A stretch of 64,000 bases of DNA, from the NCBI GenBank assembly GCA_964490075.1, contig CAZBBK010000004.1:62001-126000 (forward strand). The letters are read 5' to 3'. Below the pieces are notes generated by a model, which was not told the DNA's origin, made no database searches, and saw only the letters and a list, made by a program, of their open reading frames with translations. A program made the position numbers and the translations under genes. How positions within the stretch are numbered: the stretch's first letter is position 1; each line of letters starts with the position of its first letter. Positions 10,876 to 21,078 of this stretch are shown in pieces. The stretch comes from an uncultured Gemmatimonadota bacterium (GTDB taxonomy: Bacteria; GCA-2686955).

Positions 10876-11039
10876 GCGGGGCTTTCTCGGGTCTCGATTG
10901 GCGAATCCGTTCGATCGGTCCGGACTCTCTTCGCGATCGACGCGAAGCTGCAATCCACCACCGAATTCCGGATTGGCCTCCAGCAGCCGCGCGGCTGGCA
11001 TCGATTGGGCGGCGGACGCGCCTGCGCTACGATCGTTCC

Positions 11040-11714
11040 ATGGAACGCAGCATCGTCCTGCTCTCCGGGGGCCTCGATTCCGCCACCGTGCTCGGCCTGG
11101 CGCGCGCCGAGGGACTGGAGTGCTTCGGGCTGAGCTTCGACTACGGCCAGCGGCACCGGATCGAGCTCGACTTCGCCCGCCGCCAGGCCGAAGCTCTGGG
11201 GGCCGTGCGCCACCTGGTGCTCCGAGTCCCTCTGGACACGCTGGGCGGCTCCTCGCTGACCACGGACGAGCCGGTCCCGGCGGCCGACCCCGCGCGCCAC
11301 GCGATCCCTTCGACCTACGTGCCGGCGCGCAACACCATCTTTCTCGCCCACGCTCTGGCCTGGGCCGAGGTGATCGGAGCGACGCGGATCGATCTCGGCA
11401 TCAACGCGGTCGACTACTCCGGCTATCCCGACTGCCGGCCGGAGTTCCTGCGCGCGTTCCAGGCGATCGCCGACCTCGCCACCGCCGCGGCGGTGGAGGG
11501 GCGCTCCAGATCGGTGGTCCACGCGCCCCTGTTGCACCTGAACAAGACCGAGATCATCCGCCGGGGCCTGGCCTGCGGCGTGGACTACTCGCTGACCAGC
11601 TCCTGCTATCAACCCAGCGCCACCGGCGCGCCCTGCCGCAGCTGCGACTCCTGCGCGATCCGCGGCGCGGCCTTCGCCGAGCTGGAGCTCCGCGATCCGG
11701 CCTTCGATCGCTGA
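11040..11714 (+). CDS. queC: 7-cyano-7-deazaguanine synthase
   Basis: SGGLDS, YGQRH, TYVPARN, YSGYPDCRPEF, SCY...CRSCDSC zinc motif. Confidence 0.97.
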   Translation: MERSIVLLSGGLDSATVLGLARAEGLECFGLSFDYGQRHRIELDFARRQAEALGAVRHLVLRVPLDTLGGSSLTTDEPVPAADPARHAIPSTYVPARNTIFLAHALAWAEVIGATRIDLGINAVDYSGYPDCRPEFLRAFQAIADLATAAAVEGRSRSVVHAPLLHLNKTEIIRRGLACGVDYSLTSSCYQPSATGAPCRSCDSCAIRGAAFAELELRDPAFDR

Positions 11715-11914
11715 GGCCCTCTGTCCCGGTACCCTCGATTCGGGACACCCGCGCGTACCGGTTCCGCCACGGCCGCCGTGTTCAGATTCTGAACACCGCG
11801 CGCAAGCAGCCGATTCACAACCGCTTGCGCGCATAGCAGCCGCTGGCCCAATTCCTGCGTCTCGAAGCTCACCGGCTTCAACCCGTCGCGCCCTTGGCGC
11901 CGCAGGAGATTCTC

Positions 11915-12631
11915 ATGAAATCGATGCTGCTACTCACCGCGGCCGCGCTCACCGCGGCCCCTTCGATCGCCGCCGCCGAGGACTACTCCGCGAGCTCGTT
12001 GCTCCTGTCCGAAAGCTGGCATCCCACTCGGGTCCACGTGCACCGGCATCCGCCGAGCCGCGTGGAAGGTTCCACCTACCTTCGACTCGGCTCGTTCAAG
12101 CCGGCCAGCGACAACCTGAACTCCGGCGTGGCGCTCGGTCTCGAGTTCGCCGGCGGGGCGACCGGCCGCCTCGAGTTCGGCTTTGCGGTCGACTACTACC
12201 GCAACGCCATCCACGATCCAAACTCGGTGTTCCGCGGAGAGGATCAGCTCGGCAACCCGGTCGAGATCATCGAGCAGGGCGATTCGTACGTGTCGAATCA
12301 CGTCCCCCTGCTCTTCACCGGCCGCTACTTCCTCCCGGTGCTCTCGCAGACCGCGTTCAATCCCTACCTCTCCGGCGGACTGGGCTACGGCATCGTCTGG
12401 ACGGTCCAGAACCGCGAGGGTGAGATCGAGCGCGATGTCTACGGCGGAGTCGCCTGGCAGGCGGGTGGCGGCGCCGGCTTCCACCTCAGCGATACCGTGA
12501 GTCTGATCGGCGAGCTGCGCTACACGCACAACGTGGTTCACAGCCGCGAGCAGATCGACGACCGGATCTACATCACGCGCCTCGACGCATCGGGTCCCTC
12601 GGCCTGGATCGGGCTGCGCTTCGGCATCTGA
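11915..12631 (+). CDS. Outer-membrane beta-barrel protein
   Basis: AGGAG RBS, signal peptide, amphipathic strands, NPYLSGGLGY, C-terminal IGLRF. Confidence 0.75.
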   Translation: MKSMLLLTAAALTAAPSIAAAEDYSASSLLLSESWHPTRVHVHRHPPSRVEGSTYLRLGSFKPASDNLNSGVALGLEFAGGATGRLEFGFAVDYYRNAIHDPNSVFRGEDQLGNPVEIIEQGDSYVSNHVPLLFTGRYFLPVLSQTAFNPYLSGGLGYGIVWTVQNREGEIERDVYGGVAWQAGGGAGFHLSDTVSLIGELRYTHNVVHSREQIDDRIYITRLDASGPSAWIGLRFGI

Positions 12632-12654
12632 CGCGCCTTTTCTAGCCCTCGATC

Positions 12655-12709
12655 GAGCCGCCTCGCTCACCGCTCCGCACCCCGCGGATCGGCGCGAGGC
12701 GGTTCTTTT
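12655..12709 (+). terminator. Putative intrinsic terminator between convergent genes
   Basis: GAGCCGCCTCGC ... GCGAGGCGGTTC arms with inner TCCGC/GCGGA stem, followed by TTTT. Confidence 0.5.
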
Positions 12710-12713
12710 CGTT

Positions 12714-13388
12714 CTACAGCGGCGGCAGGTTGAGCGCGAAGCAGGCTCCGCGGGCACAAGGAACCAGCGCGATCTCGCCGCCCATCGCGCGCAGCGCCCG
12801 GCGCGCCAGCGCCAGACCCAGACCCGCGCCGCCGTGCTCGCGGGTGATCCTCTCGTCCCCCTGCCTGAAATCCTCGAACACCCTTTCCCCCAGAGAATCG
12901 GGAACACCGGCGCCCTCATCGCGCAGCTCCAGCCTCACACCGCCATCCGCCGCGAGCTCCGCTCGCAGCCAGAGTGTGCCTCCCGGAGCAAACTTCAGCG
13001 CGTTGTCGAAAAGGCAGCGCAGCGCCAGGCGCAGCAGGCCGGCATCGGCCTCGAAGACCGGCGGGCAGTCGGGCGCCTTGCCCACCACCAGGCGCCCCCC
13101 CGCCGCCTCGACCGTGGGGGCGTGGTCGCGCGCCGTGGTCTCGAGCAGCTGGGTGACGCTGGTCGGGCCAGAGTCGAGCGCGACCTGGTCGCCGGCCAGG
13201 CGGGCCAGAGTGAGGATGTCTTCGATCAGACCGAGCAGCTCCTCGCCGTTGCTCCGAATCCGCTCGGCATAGCCGGCGTGCTCCCCGGCGCCCTCCTCGA
13301 GCATCTCGGCGAGGCCGATGATCGAGGTCAGGGGGGTGCGCAGCTCGTGGCTGAGACTGGCCAGGGACTCGGGGGAAGTGGGAAGCAT
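12714..13388 (-). CDS. Histidine kinase (HisKA + HATPase only, no sensor domain)
   Basis: SHELRTPLTSIIG, DNALKF, DEGAGV, GAGLGL; in-frame stop 11 codons upstream of the ATG. Confidence 0.88.
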   Translation of the reverse strand: MLPTSPESLASLSHELRTPLTSIIGLAEMLEEGAGEHAGYAERIRSNGEELLGLIEDILTLARLAGDQVALDSGPTSVTQLLETTARDHAPTVEAAGGRLVVGKAPDCPPVFEADAGLLRLALRCLFDNALKFAPGGTLWLRAELAADGGVRLELRDEGAGVPDSLGERVFEDFRQGDERITREHGGAGLGLALARRALRAMGGEIALVPCARGACFALNLPPL

Positions 13389-13659
13389 GGAGGGGCTCGG
13401 CGTGGTCGGGTACTGGTCCTACGATCGGCGGACCTCCGCGACCGACTTGAGAACCTGTTTGCGCGTTGCGCGGACTCTTAGGGTCGGCGAAGAAGTAACT
13501 CCCCGGGTTTGCGCCCAGATGTGCCGTGGATCCGGTCGATCGGTGAGGTCCGAAACCGGAGGAATAGCAGAGCTATTTCGAGGATTTCGGGGCTCGCCGA
13601 TCGGCCGGAGACGCGGTGCAGATGGGATGCAAACACGGGAGTTATTTCTTCGCCGGCCC

Positions 13660-14865
13660 TTAGGGCAGAGCCGTCTCGACCACCCGCGAGAGCGCGCCGC
13701 CGAGCGGATCGGCGACCAGCCCCTGGGAGTAGACCGTGGAGCCGCTCCACTCGGGCCCGGGGCAGAGGACGATCTCGCGCCAACCCTCCGCGCCCAGCGC
13801 CTCTTGCAGAACCACGCGCATGAGATCGGGGTCCAGTCCCAGCTCGCCGTAGGGGGTCTGCATCGATCCGCTCTCGGTCGCGAAAGCAATCGCCGCCGTC
13901 GCGCCGGCGAATCCGCCCAGTCCGGCCACGTAGCAGTCCGGCTCGACCGCGCTGGGGCGTGTCCAGAAGGGCGGATCGGCGCACTCGCTCTCGCGCCTCA
14001 CCGGCTCCAGGCTCATCCCCTCGCCGAGCAGGTCGGCGTAGAGATCCTCCTCCAAGCCCCCCGTCTCGGCACGGAAGAGCCCGGTCACCAGGCGCTTGTG
14101 CAGGCGGATCTGGTCGGCGCCGGGCAGAGGCTCCCAGCCGGGAGGAGTGTCGGTGCACCCGGTATGTCCCATGCCCTGGACCTCGAAATAGAGGTTGCGC
14201 GGGGCCGAGTCGGCCAGCTCGAACCAGTCGTGCACGGTGTGCGGGCGCACGATCCAGTCGGCGGAGCCGGCGACCTGCGCGGCGATCCCGGTGAAGGCGC
14301 GCATGTGATCGGCACCCTCGCCCTCGGGGCCGGCCGATTGCAGCCCCACGATGGTGCGCACCCGGGGCTCGATGCCGATCAGAAGCCCGAGGGTGCCGCC
14401 GCCCATCGAATGCCCCGACGCCCCCCAGTCGCCGTCCCAGGCCATGGCGTGGAGCCATGACTGGGAGTCGCCCGACTCCCGGTCGACCCAGTGGAGGAGC
14501 GAGCGGGTGTCGCGGGCGTACTGATCCACGTCGGCGAAGAAGCCGGTCTCGGTGCCGGTCGACGCGACCAGGAAACCCCAGCTCGCCAGGTGGGTGCAGA
14601 GGTCATCGTAGTCGCGCGGCTCGCCCAGGTAGCCATGCTGGAAGGCGATCAGCGGATAGGGACCCTGACTCGGATCGGCCGGGGTGTCCCGCCCCGCGTC
14701 GAGGGCCGGGTAGTAGATGCGGGCCAGGATCGTACCCTGCCCAAAGATGTCGTCGTCGAAGCTGATGTCGCGCCAGCCGACCGGCAACACGCCCGGATCT
14801 TCGATCGCGGCGGACGCCGCGGGGGCGAGGACGAGAGCCGAGAGGAGGAGGATTGCGATTCTCAT
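13660..14865 (-). CDS. Secreted alpha/beta hydrolase (chlorophyllase/cutinase-like) with extra C-terminal domain
   Basis: Signal peptide, IYYP, YPLIAFQHG, LASWGF, GHSMGGG nucleophile elbow. Confidence 0.85.
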   Translation of the reverse strand: MRIAILLLSALVLAPAASAAIEDPGVLPVGWRDISFDDDIFGQGTILARIYYPALDAGRDTPADPSQGPYPLIAFQHGYLGEPRDYDDLCTHLASWGFLVASTGTETGFFADVDQYARDTRSLLHWVDRESGDSQSWLHAMAWDGDWGASGHSMGGGTLGLLIGIEPRVRTIVGLQSAGPEGEGADHMRAFTGIAAQVAGSADWIVRPHTVHDWFELADSAPRNLYFEVQGMGHTGCTDTPPGWEPLPGADQIRLHKRLVTGLFRAETGGLEEDLYADLLGEGMSLEPVRRESECADPPFWTRPSAVEPDCYVAGLGGFAGATAAIAFATESGSMQTPYGELGLDPDLMRVVLQEALGAEGWREIVLCPGPEWSGSTVYSQGLVADPLGGALSRVVETALP

Positions 14866-14999
14866 GGCGCGGAGCTCCGACTGCGGACCGGGCTGGAAGG
14901 CGAGTAAGGGACTGGTGCTTATGGACTAACTCGCTTCGCGCGTGGACGCAACCGGCGACCGATCGGGGTCGCTCGATTCTGATAGGGTCTCTCGCCATC

Positions 15000-16475
15000 A
15001 TGAGAATCTCGCGACTCGCGCTCGTTGCGCTCAGCGCCGCCCTCCTCGGTGCCTGCGGCCGCCCGGAGGGCCCGTCGATCGTCTTGATCACCATCGACAC
15101 CCTGCGCTCCGACCACCTCTCGGCCTACGGCTACCCGCTCCGGACCTCTCCCCGCATCGACGAGCTGGCCTCTCGCGGAGTGCTCTTCGAGAGCTCCTAC
15201 AGCCAGACCAACAGCACCAATCCATCCCACACCACGATCCTGACCGGGCGCCACGTCAAGACCCACGGCGTGAGCGACAACACGCTGGGCTTCACCACCA
15301 AGGGGATTCCGACCCTGGCCCAACACCTGGAGAAGGCCGGCTACGCGACCGGTTGCGTGGTCAGCTCAGGGCATCTGAATCGCGGACACTCGGGATTGGG
15401 GCGTGGATTCGATCGCTTCATGGGGGTGCGCCCGCGAACCGACACGCCCGAGGGGGCGTTCCGCGACTGGACGCGTCCGGCGACGACCGCGGTGGAGCTC
15501 GCCCTGGAGTGGATTCGCGAGCAGGGCGACCATCCCTACTTCCTCTGGCTGCACCTCTTCGATCCGCACATGCCCTACGCGCCCGAGCCCGGCTATTCCG
15601 AGCACTTCGTCGACGATCTCGCCGGACGGGTGCGGACGATGCAGCGGATCTACGAGCGCGAGACGACGCCGGACGATCTCTTCCAGGCCGAGCCCGATCT
15701 CAGCGAAATGGAGCGCAAGCTCTATCGGGCGGTCTACCGGCGCGAGATCCCGATCGACGCGCTGATCTACAACGGGGTCGGATGGACCGACGCGGAGGTC
15801 GAGACCTTCCGGGCGCTCTACGATGCCGAGATCGCCCAGACCGATCGCGCGATCGGAGAGCTGCTCGACGGCCTCGGCGAGCAGGGCGCCGAGACCATCG
15901 TCGTGTTGACCGCCGACCACGGAGAGGCGTTCGGCAAGGGGGGGATCTACTTCGACCACCGAGGCATCTACGAACCATCGGTGAACGTGCCCCTGATCGT
16001 GGCCGGGGCGGGAGTGCAGGCCGGTAAGCGGGTGGCGACGCCGGTCCAGGCCATCGATCTGGCGCCGACCATTCTGGATCTGGCGGGGCTCGATGCCGCG
16101 GAAGGCCTGCCGGGCCAGAGCCTGGCGCCCGCCCTGAGGGGTCCGGCGGAGCCGCCGCCGCAGCCGATCTTCATCGAGCACGCCAACGGCTCGGCGGTGG
16201 CGCTGGTGGAAGGGGACTGGAAGCTGATCCTGTCGCTGCTGGAGCCGGCCCTCGACCCGGAGGATCGGGTCTACCGGCACCCCGGCGTGGAGCTCTACGA
16301 CCTGGGCGCGGACCCGGGCGAGGCGACCAACCTGGCGGATCGGGAGGAGGCCCGGGTGGCGGAGATGAGCGACGCGCTGCTCTCGTGGATGCAGACCGAG
16401 CGCGCCGCGGCCGCCGAGGCGGAGATGACGCCCGAGGTGCGCGGACAGCTCAAGGCGCTCGGCTATATCGACTGA
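15000..16475 (+). CDS. Sulfatase-like hydrolase/transferase, probable lipoprotein
   Basis: LLGAC lipobox, ITIDTLRSDH, TNPSH, HLFDPH, TADHGE, LYDL..DPGE, LKALGY. Confidence 0.9.
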   Translation: MRISRLALVALSAALLGACGRPEGPSIVLITIDTLRSDHLSAYGYPLRTSPRIDELASRGVLFESSYSQTNSTNPSHTTILTGRHVKTHGVSDNTLGFTTKGIPTLAQHLEKAGYATGCVVSSGHLNRGHSGLGRGFDRFMGVRPRTDTPEGAFRDWTRPATTAVELALEWIREQGDHPYFLWLHLFDPHMPYAPEPGYSEHFVDDLAGRVRTMQRIYERETTPDDLFQAEPDLSEMERKLYRAVYRREIPIDALIYNGVGWTDAEVETFRALYDAEIAQTDRAIGELLDGLGEQGAETIVVLTADHGEAFGKGGIYFDHRGIYEPSVNVPLIVAGAGVQAGKRVATPVQAIDLAPTILDLAGLDAAEGLPGQSLAPALRGPAEPPPQPIFIEHANGSAVALVEGDWKLILSLLEPALDPEDRVYRHPGVELYDLGADPGEATNLADREEARVAEMSDALLSWMQTERAAAAEAEMTPEVRGQLKALGYID

Positions 16476-16540
16476 AACTCGATATTTCGCACCCGAAATG
16501 CCGATGGGTGGATTGAGCACGGGATGCTCTCGATCCGCCC

Positions 16541-17794
16541 ATGTACGAACGTGCCCCCTATCTCGGTAAGTCTCTGAGCGCCTTGATCCTGGCGTGGTTG
16601 GTGGCGTGTTCCGCGGCGGACGATGCCATCCTCGATCCGGAGGGAGACCCCCTGGAGGCCGGAACCCCTCTGCCGGGGATCTTCGACGACGACACGACGC
16701 TCACCGGGGAGCTCGTGGTGCGCCGCATGCTGCAGGTGGCCCGCGGCACCACGCTCTCGGTCGCTCCGGGAACCACGATGCTCTTCCGCGACACCGAGGA
16801 CAGCGTCGCCGGAATCGACGTGGCGGGGGTGCTGCTGGCCCCGGGCAGCAGCGAGCTGCCGATCCGCTTCGGAACCCTGGACACGGTCCCGCGGCCCGGC
16901 GATTGGGAAGGGATCACGGTGCACGGAGGGAGCGCGCTGCTCACCCACACCCGCATCGACCACGCGCGGATCGGGCTCAGGGTGACCGGCGGGGCGCGGG
17001 CGCGCATCGACACCTGCGTGATCGACTCGCACGCGATCAGCGCGGTGATGAGCGAGCTGGGGTGGATCGAGATCGCGCAGAGCGCCCTCTCCGCCGACCA
17101 GACCGGAGCCTGGGCCGAGGGGGGCGGCTTTCGCGTGACAGGAGGATCGATCGCGGGAGAGGACGACGCGGGGTTCCGAGGGCACGCCAGCAGCGACACG
17201 CTGGTGGGGGTGAGACTCGAGGGCGATGACGCGCTGGTGCTGGTGGGCGGCTTCGAGAGCGTGGTACGCGGCTGCACGCTGGATGGGCGGCAGCACGGTG
17301 CCCGCCTGGTGGGACGGATCGCCGACGCGGTGGTCGACTCGAATCTGGTGCTGCCGAGCATCGTCGGGATTCTGGTGATCGACGCGCGACGCACCCGGCT
17401 GGTGGGCAACTCGGTCCGCAATGCGGCGGAGGCGGGGATCGAATGCCGCGATGCCGACGTCGAGCTGCTCGGCAATTCCGCCGACAGCTGCGACATCGGC
17501 TTGTGGTTGGCCGGCGGGGATGTGAGCGCGCTCGGAAACTCGCTCGTGAGCAACCACACCGACGGAGCTCGAATCGACGCCGGAATGCCCCTGATCAGCG
17601 GCAACGTCTTCGCCGACAACGGCTCCCACGGTGGCTACGGGTTGCGCACCGAGGTCCACGGGATCGACGCCTCGGGCAACTGGTGGGGCGATCCCTCCGG
17701 TCCGGAGCAAGAAATCTACAACCCGGATGGACTGGGAGATCGGGTGACGCGACCCTTGATCGTCAGTCCCTGGCTGATCGCGCCGCCCGACTGA
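16541..17794 (+). CDS. Right-handed parallel beta-helix protein, probable lipoprotein
   Basis: LVAC lipobox, PGDWEGI, repeated GI...GN motifs, DASGNWWGDPSGP. Confidence 0.75.
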   Translation: MYERAPYLGKSLSALILAWLVACSAADDAILDPEGDPLEAGTPLPGIFDDDTTLTGELVVRRMLQVARGTTLSVAPGTTMLFRDTEDSVAGIDVAGVLLAPGSSELPIRFGTLDTVPRPGDWEGITVHGGSALLTHTRIDHARIGLRVTGGARARIDTCVIDSHAISAVMSELGWIEIAQSALSADQTGAWAEGGGFRVTGGSIAGEDDAGFRGHASSDTLVGVRLEGDDALVLVGGFESVVRGCTLDGRQHGARLVGRIADAVVDSNLVLPSIVGILVIDARRTRLVGNSVRNAAEAGIECRDADVELLGNSADSCDIGLWLAGGDVSALGNSLVSNHTDGARIDAGMPLISGNVFADNGSHGGYGLRTEVHGIDASGNWWGDPSGPEQEIYNPDGLGDRVTRPLIVSPWLIAPPD

Positions 17795-17880
17795 TCTTCG
17801 GCTGCCGGCGCCGCCGAAGGGGTAGGATTCGCATCCGCCGAGCGGAGCGTGTGCGGCGGATGTGGAGAGACCGAGGCCCG

Positions 17881-18435
17881 ATGAGCCGAGAACGCGCGGG
17901 GCGGATGAGCCATGTGGACGAGACCGGTCGCCTGCAGATGGTCGACGTGGGCGGCAAGGAGATCACCCGCCGCCGGGCGGTGGCCGAGGGGCGGATCGCG
18001 ACCTCGGCGGAGGCGGTGGCGCAGGTGGTGGAGCGCCGCGCGGCCAAGGGAGACGTGCTGGCGGCGGCGCGAGTCGCGGGGATCGCGGCGGCCAAGCGCA
18101 CGGCCGAGCTGATTCCGCTCTGCCACACGGTCGCGATCGACTCGGTGAAGGTCGAGATCACGGCGCCGGGAGCGGCGGCGCAGGGCGCGGCGGCGGGGCC
18201 GCTGGAGAAGGAGCTCGGCGGCGGCGGCTGGGCCGGGCCGGGCTTCCTGGTGCGGGCCGAGGCGGTCGCCACCGGCAGGACCGGCGTGGAGATGGAGGCC
18301 TTGACGGCGGTCTCGGGCGCGTTGCTCACCCTCTACGACATGTTGAAAGCGGTCGACCGGGCGATGGAGATCGGCGCGCTGCGGCTGCTCCTGAAAGAAG
18401 GCGGACGAAGCGGCAGATGGAGGCGAGATGGCTGA
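17881..18435 (+). CDS. moaC: Cyclic pyranopterin monophosphate synthase accessory protein MoaC
   Basis: HVDETG..QMVDV, KGDVL, LIPLCH, TGVEMEAL, YDMLKAVD, KEGGRSG; alternative ATG at 17905. Confidence 0.95.
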   Translation: MSRERAGRMSHVDETGRLQMVDVGGKEITRRRAVAEGRIATSAEAVAQVVERRAAKGDVLAAARVAGIAAAKRTAELIPLCHTVAIDSVKVEITAPGAAAQGAAAGPLEKELGGGGWAGPGFLVRAEAVATGRTGVEMEALTAVSGALLTLYDMLKAVDRAMEIGALRLLLKEGGRSGRWRRDG

Positions 18436-19642
18436 GTTGATCGAGCTGGAAGAGGCCCGCCGGCGCGTGGCGCGGGCGATCGAGCGGATGCCGGCGGTGG
18501 CTCTGCCGCTGGACGAAGCGCGTGGCCAGGTGCTGGCCGAGGATCTGAGCTCCGACATCTCGGTGCCGCCGGATGACTGCTCGGCGATGGACGGCTTCGC
18601 GCTGCGGGCGCACGACGCGCGGCAGCCGGGGGCGCGGCTGCGGGTGGTGCGGGAAATCATGGCGGGGCAGCTGGCAGGCGGCGAGATCGGCGCCGGCGAG
18701 GCGGTGCGCATCATGACCGGGGCGCCGTTGCCGCCGGGAGCCGACAGCGTGGTGATGGTGGAGCGCAGCTCGATCCCCGACCCCGCGACGGTCGAGATCG
18801 AGGAGCCCCCGAAGCCGGGGCAACACGTGCGGCGCGCCGGCGAGGATCTGCGCCAGGGACAGGTGGTGCTGCGCGCCGGAACCGTGCTCGGCCCCAGCGA
18901 GATCGGCCTGCTGGCGGCCGCGGGCTGCGACCCGCTGCCGGTCCACCGGCGGCCGTTGGTGGCGGTGCTGGCGACCGGCGACGAGCTGGTCGCGCCCGGC
19001 GAGCGACCGGGCCCAGGGCAGATCCGCAACTCCAACGGGCCGGCGCTGTGCGCCGCGATCCGCGAGGCGGGCGGCGTGCCGCTCGATCTCGGCATCGCCC
19101 GCGATACGCGCGCCCACACCGAGGAGCTGGTGCGCCGCGGGCTGGCCGAGGCCGACATGCTGGTGACCTCCGCCGGGGTGTCGGTGGGGGACCGCGACTA
19201 CGTCGGCGAGGCGCTCGACGCGGCCGGGCTCGAGCGCAGCTTCTGGGGCGTCAAGCAGAAGCCCGGCAAGCCGCTGCTCTTCGGCGTCGCCGGCCGGCGG
19301 CCGGTCTTCGGTCTGCCCGGCTACCCGGTGTCGACCATCATCAGCTTCGAGCAGTACGTGCGGCCGGCGATTCGCACCATGCTGGGGCTGAAGGGTCACG
19401 GCCGGCGGATGATCGAGGCCCGGGCGGCGGAGGAGCTGCGCGGCGCCGCCGAGCGGACCACCTGGGTGCGCGTGGTGGCGAGCAACAATCCGCCAGGGGA
19501 GTGGACGCTGCGCTCGGCGGGAGCGCAGGCCTCGGGTGTGCTCTCGACCATGGCGCGGGCCAACGGCCTGGTCGAGCTGGCGCCGGGGCGGGTGATCGCC
19601 GCGGGCGAGAAGATCGAAGTGCGCCTGATCCGCGAGGAGTGA
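18428..19642 (+). CDS. moeA: Molybdopterin molybdotransferase MoeA
   Basis: SAMDGFA, IMTGAPLP, ATGDEL, GVSVGDRD, KPGKP, GLPG. Confidence 0.95.
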   Translation: MAELIELEEARRRVARAIERMPAVALPLDEARGQVLAEDLSSDISVPPDDCSAMDGFALRAHDARQPGARLRVVREIMAGQLAGGEIGAGEAVRIMTGAPLPPGADSVVMVERSSIPDPATVEIEEPPKPGQHVRRAGEDLRQGQVVLRAGTVLGPSEIGLLAAAGCDPLPVHRRPLVAVLATGDELVAPGERPGPGQIRNSNGPALCAAIREAGGVPLDLGIARDTRAHTEELVRRGLAEADMLVTSAGVSVGDRDYVGEALDAAGLERSFWGVKQKPGKPLLFGVAGRRPVFGLPGYPVSTIISFEQYVRPAIRTMLGLKGHGRRMIEARAAEELRGAAERTTWVRVVASNNPPGEWTLRSAGAQASGVLSTMARANGLVELAPGRVIAAGEKIEVRLIREE

Positions 19643-19651
19643 GTCGGCGAA

Positions 19652-20992
19652 TCAGCCGATTCGTGTCCTCCGCTCAAGGAACTCGGCGATCTGATCGGCC
19701 CCGATCCGCTCCTGGGACATGGCGTCGCGGTCCCGCACGGTCACCGTTCCGTCGTTCATGGTGTCGGAATCGACGGTGAAGCAGAAGGGCGTGCCGGCCT
19801 CGTCCTGGCGCCAGTAGCGCTTGCCGATCGATCCGCTGTGCTCGCAGAGCACCCGGAAGCGACGGCGCAGATCCTGGTAGATCGCATCGGCCCGCTCCGG
19901 CATTCCGTCGCGCTTGACCAGCGAGAAGATGCCAGCCTTGACCGGCGCCAGCTTCGGGTGGAGCCGCATCACCACCCGGACGTTGCCGCCCTTGGCCGGC
20001 TCTTCGTCGTAGGCATCGCAGAGCACCGAGAGCAGGGTTCGGTCGCAGCCCGCCGAGGCCTCGACGACCACCGGCAGGTAGCGCTCCTTGGTCTCCTCGT
20101 CGAAGTAGGTCTGGGGCTTGCCCGAGTACTCCTGGTGCCGCGACAGATCGTAGTCCCCGCGGTTGTGGATCCCTTCGAGCTCCTTCCAGCCGAAGGGGAA
20201 GCAATACTCGATGTCGAAGGCGGCGCGGGCGTAGTGGGCCAGCTCTTCCGGTCCGTGCTCGACATAGCGCAGACGATCCGCGTCGATCCCGATCGCCCGG
20301 TAGTAGTCCATTCGATCGGCTTTCCAGGTCTCGAACCACTCCTGGTCGGTCGACGGTCGAACGAAGTACTGCATCTCCATCTGCTCGAACTCGCGGGTTC
20401 GAAAGGTGAAGTTGCGGGGATTGATCTCGTTGCGGAAAGCCTTGCCGATCTGGGCGATGCCGAAGGGGATGCGACGCCGCGCCGACTGAGCAACGTTGTG
20501 GAAGTTGACGTAGATCCCCTGCGCGGTCTCGGGGCGCAGGAAGACCTTCGACGCGCCATCCTCGACCGGCCCGACGAAGGTCTTGAACATCAGGTTGAAC
20601 TCGCGCGCCTCGGTCAGGTCGCCGCCGCACTGCGCCGGGGTCTTCGAGGGCTTCTTCAGGCAGCGCGATTCGTCGAGCTGGTCGGCGCGGAAGCGCCCTT
20701 TGCAGGTGCGACAGTCGACCATCGGGTCGGCGAAGCCGCCGACGTGCCCCGATGCATCCCAGACCCGGGCGTGCATCAGAATCGATGCATCGAGTCCTTC
20801 GATATCGTCGCGGCTGCGGGTCATCCAGTTCCACCAGAAATCCTTGACGTTGCGCTTGAGCTCGGTCCCCAAGGGGCCGTAGTCGTAGCAGCCGTTGATG
20901 CCGCCGTAGATCTCGCTGGAGGGAAAGACGAAGCCGCGTCGCTTGCAGAGCGAGACGATCTTCTCCATGGTGTCGGTGGGGCTGGGGGACAT
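19652..20992 (-). CDS. glyQS: Glycine--tRNA ligase (alpha2 type)
   Basis: LCKRRGFVFPSSEIYGG, LRPETAQG, FRNEI, REFEQME, ELEGIHNR. Confidence 0.96.
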   Translation of the reverse strand: MSPSPTDTMEKIVSLCKRRGFVFPSSEIYGGINGCYDYGPLGTELKRNVKDFWWNWMTRSRDDIEGLDASILMHARVWDASGHVGGFADPMVDCRTCKGRFRADQLDESRCLKKPSKTPAQCGGDLTEAREFNLMFKTFVGPVEDGASKVFLRPETAQGIYVNFHNVAQSARRRIPFGIAQIGKAFRNEINPRNFTFRTREFEQMEMQYFVRPSTDQEWFETWKADRMDYYRAIGIDADRLRYVEHGPEELAHYARAAFDIEYCFPFGWKELEGIHNRGDYDLSRHQEYSGKPQTYFDEETKERYLPVVVEASAGCDRTLLSVLCDAYDEEPAKGGNVRVVMRLHPKLAPVKAGIFSLVKRDGMPERADAIYQDLRRRFRVLCEHSGSIGKRYWRQDEAGTPFCFTVDSDTMNDGTVTVRDRDAMSQERIGADQIAEFLERRTRIG

Positions 20993-21078
20993 TGCTCTCT
21001 GGCCGGGAACTGACTGAGGTTCGACGAGGGGCGAGAGAGCAGGCTAGCCCGCGAGTGAGAGGCGATGCAAGAAGCGCA

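Noticed and set aside
10876-11039. preQ1 riboswitch upstream of queC, or a QueC-based defence system
   Set aside because: No recognisable aptamer or A-rich tail; QueC looks canonical and has no TatD-like or DNA-modification neighbours
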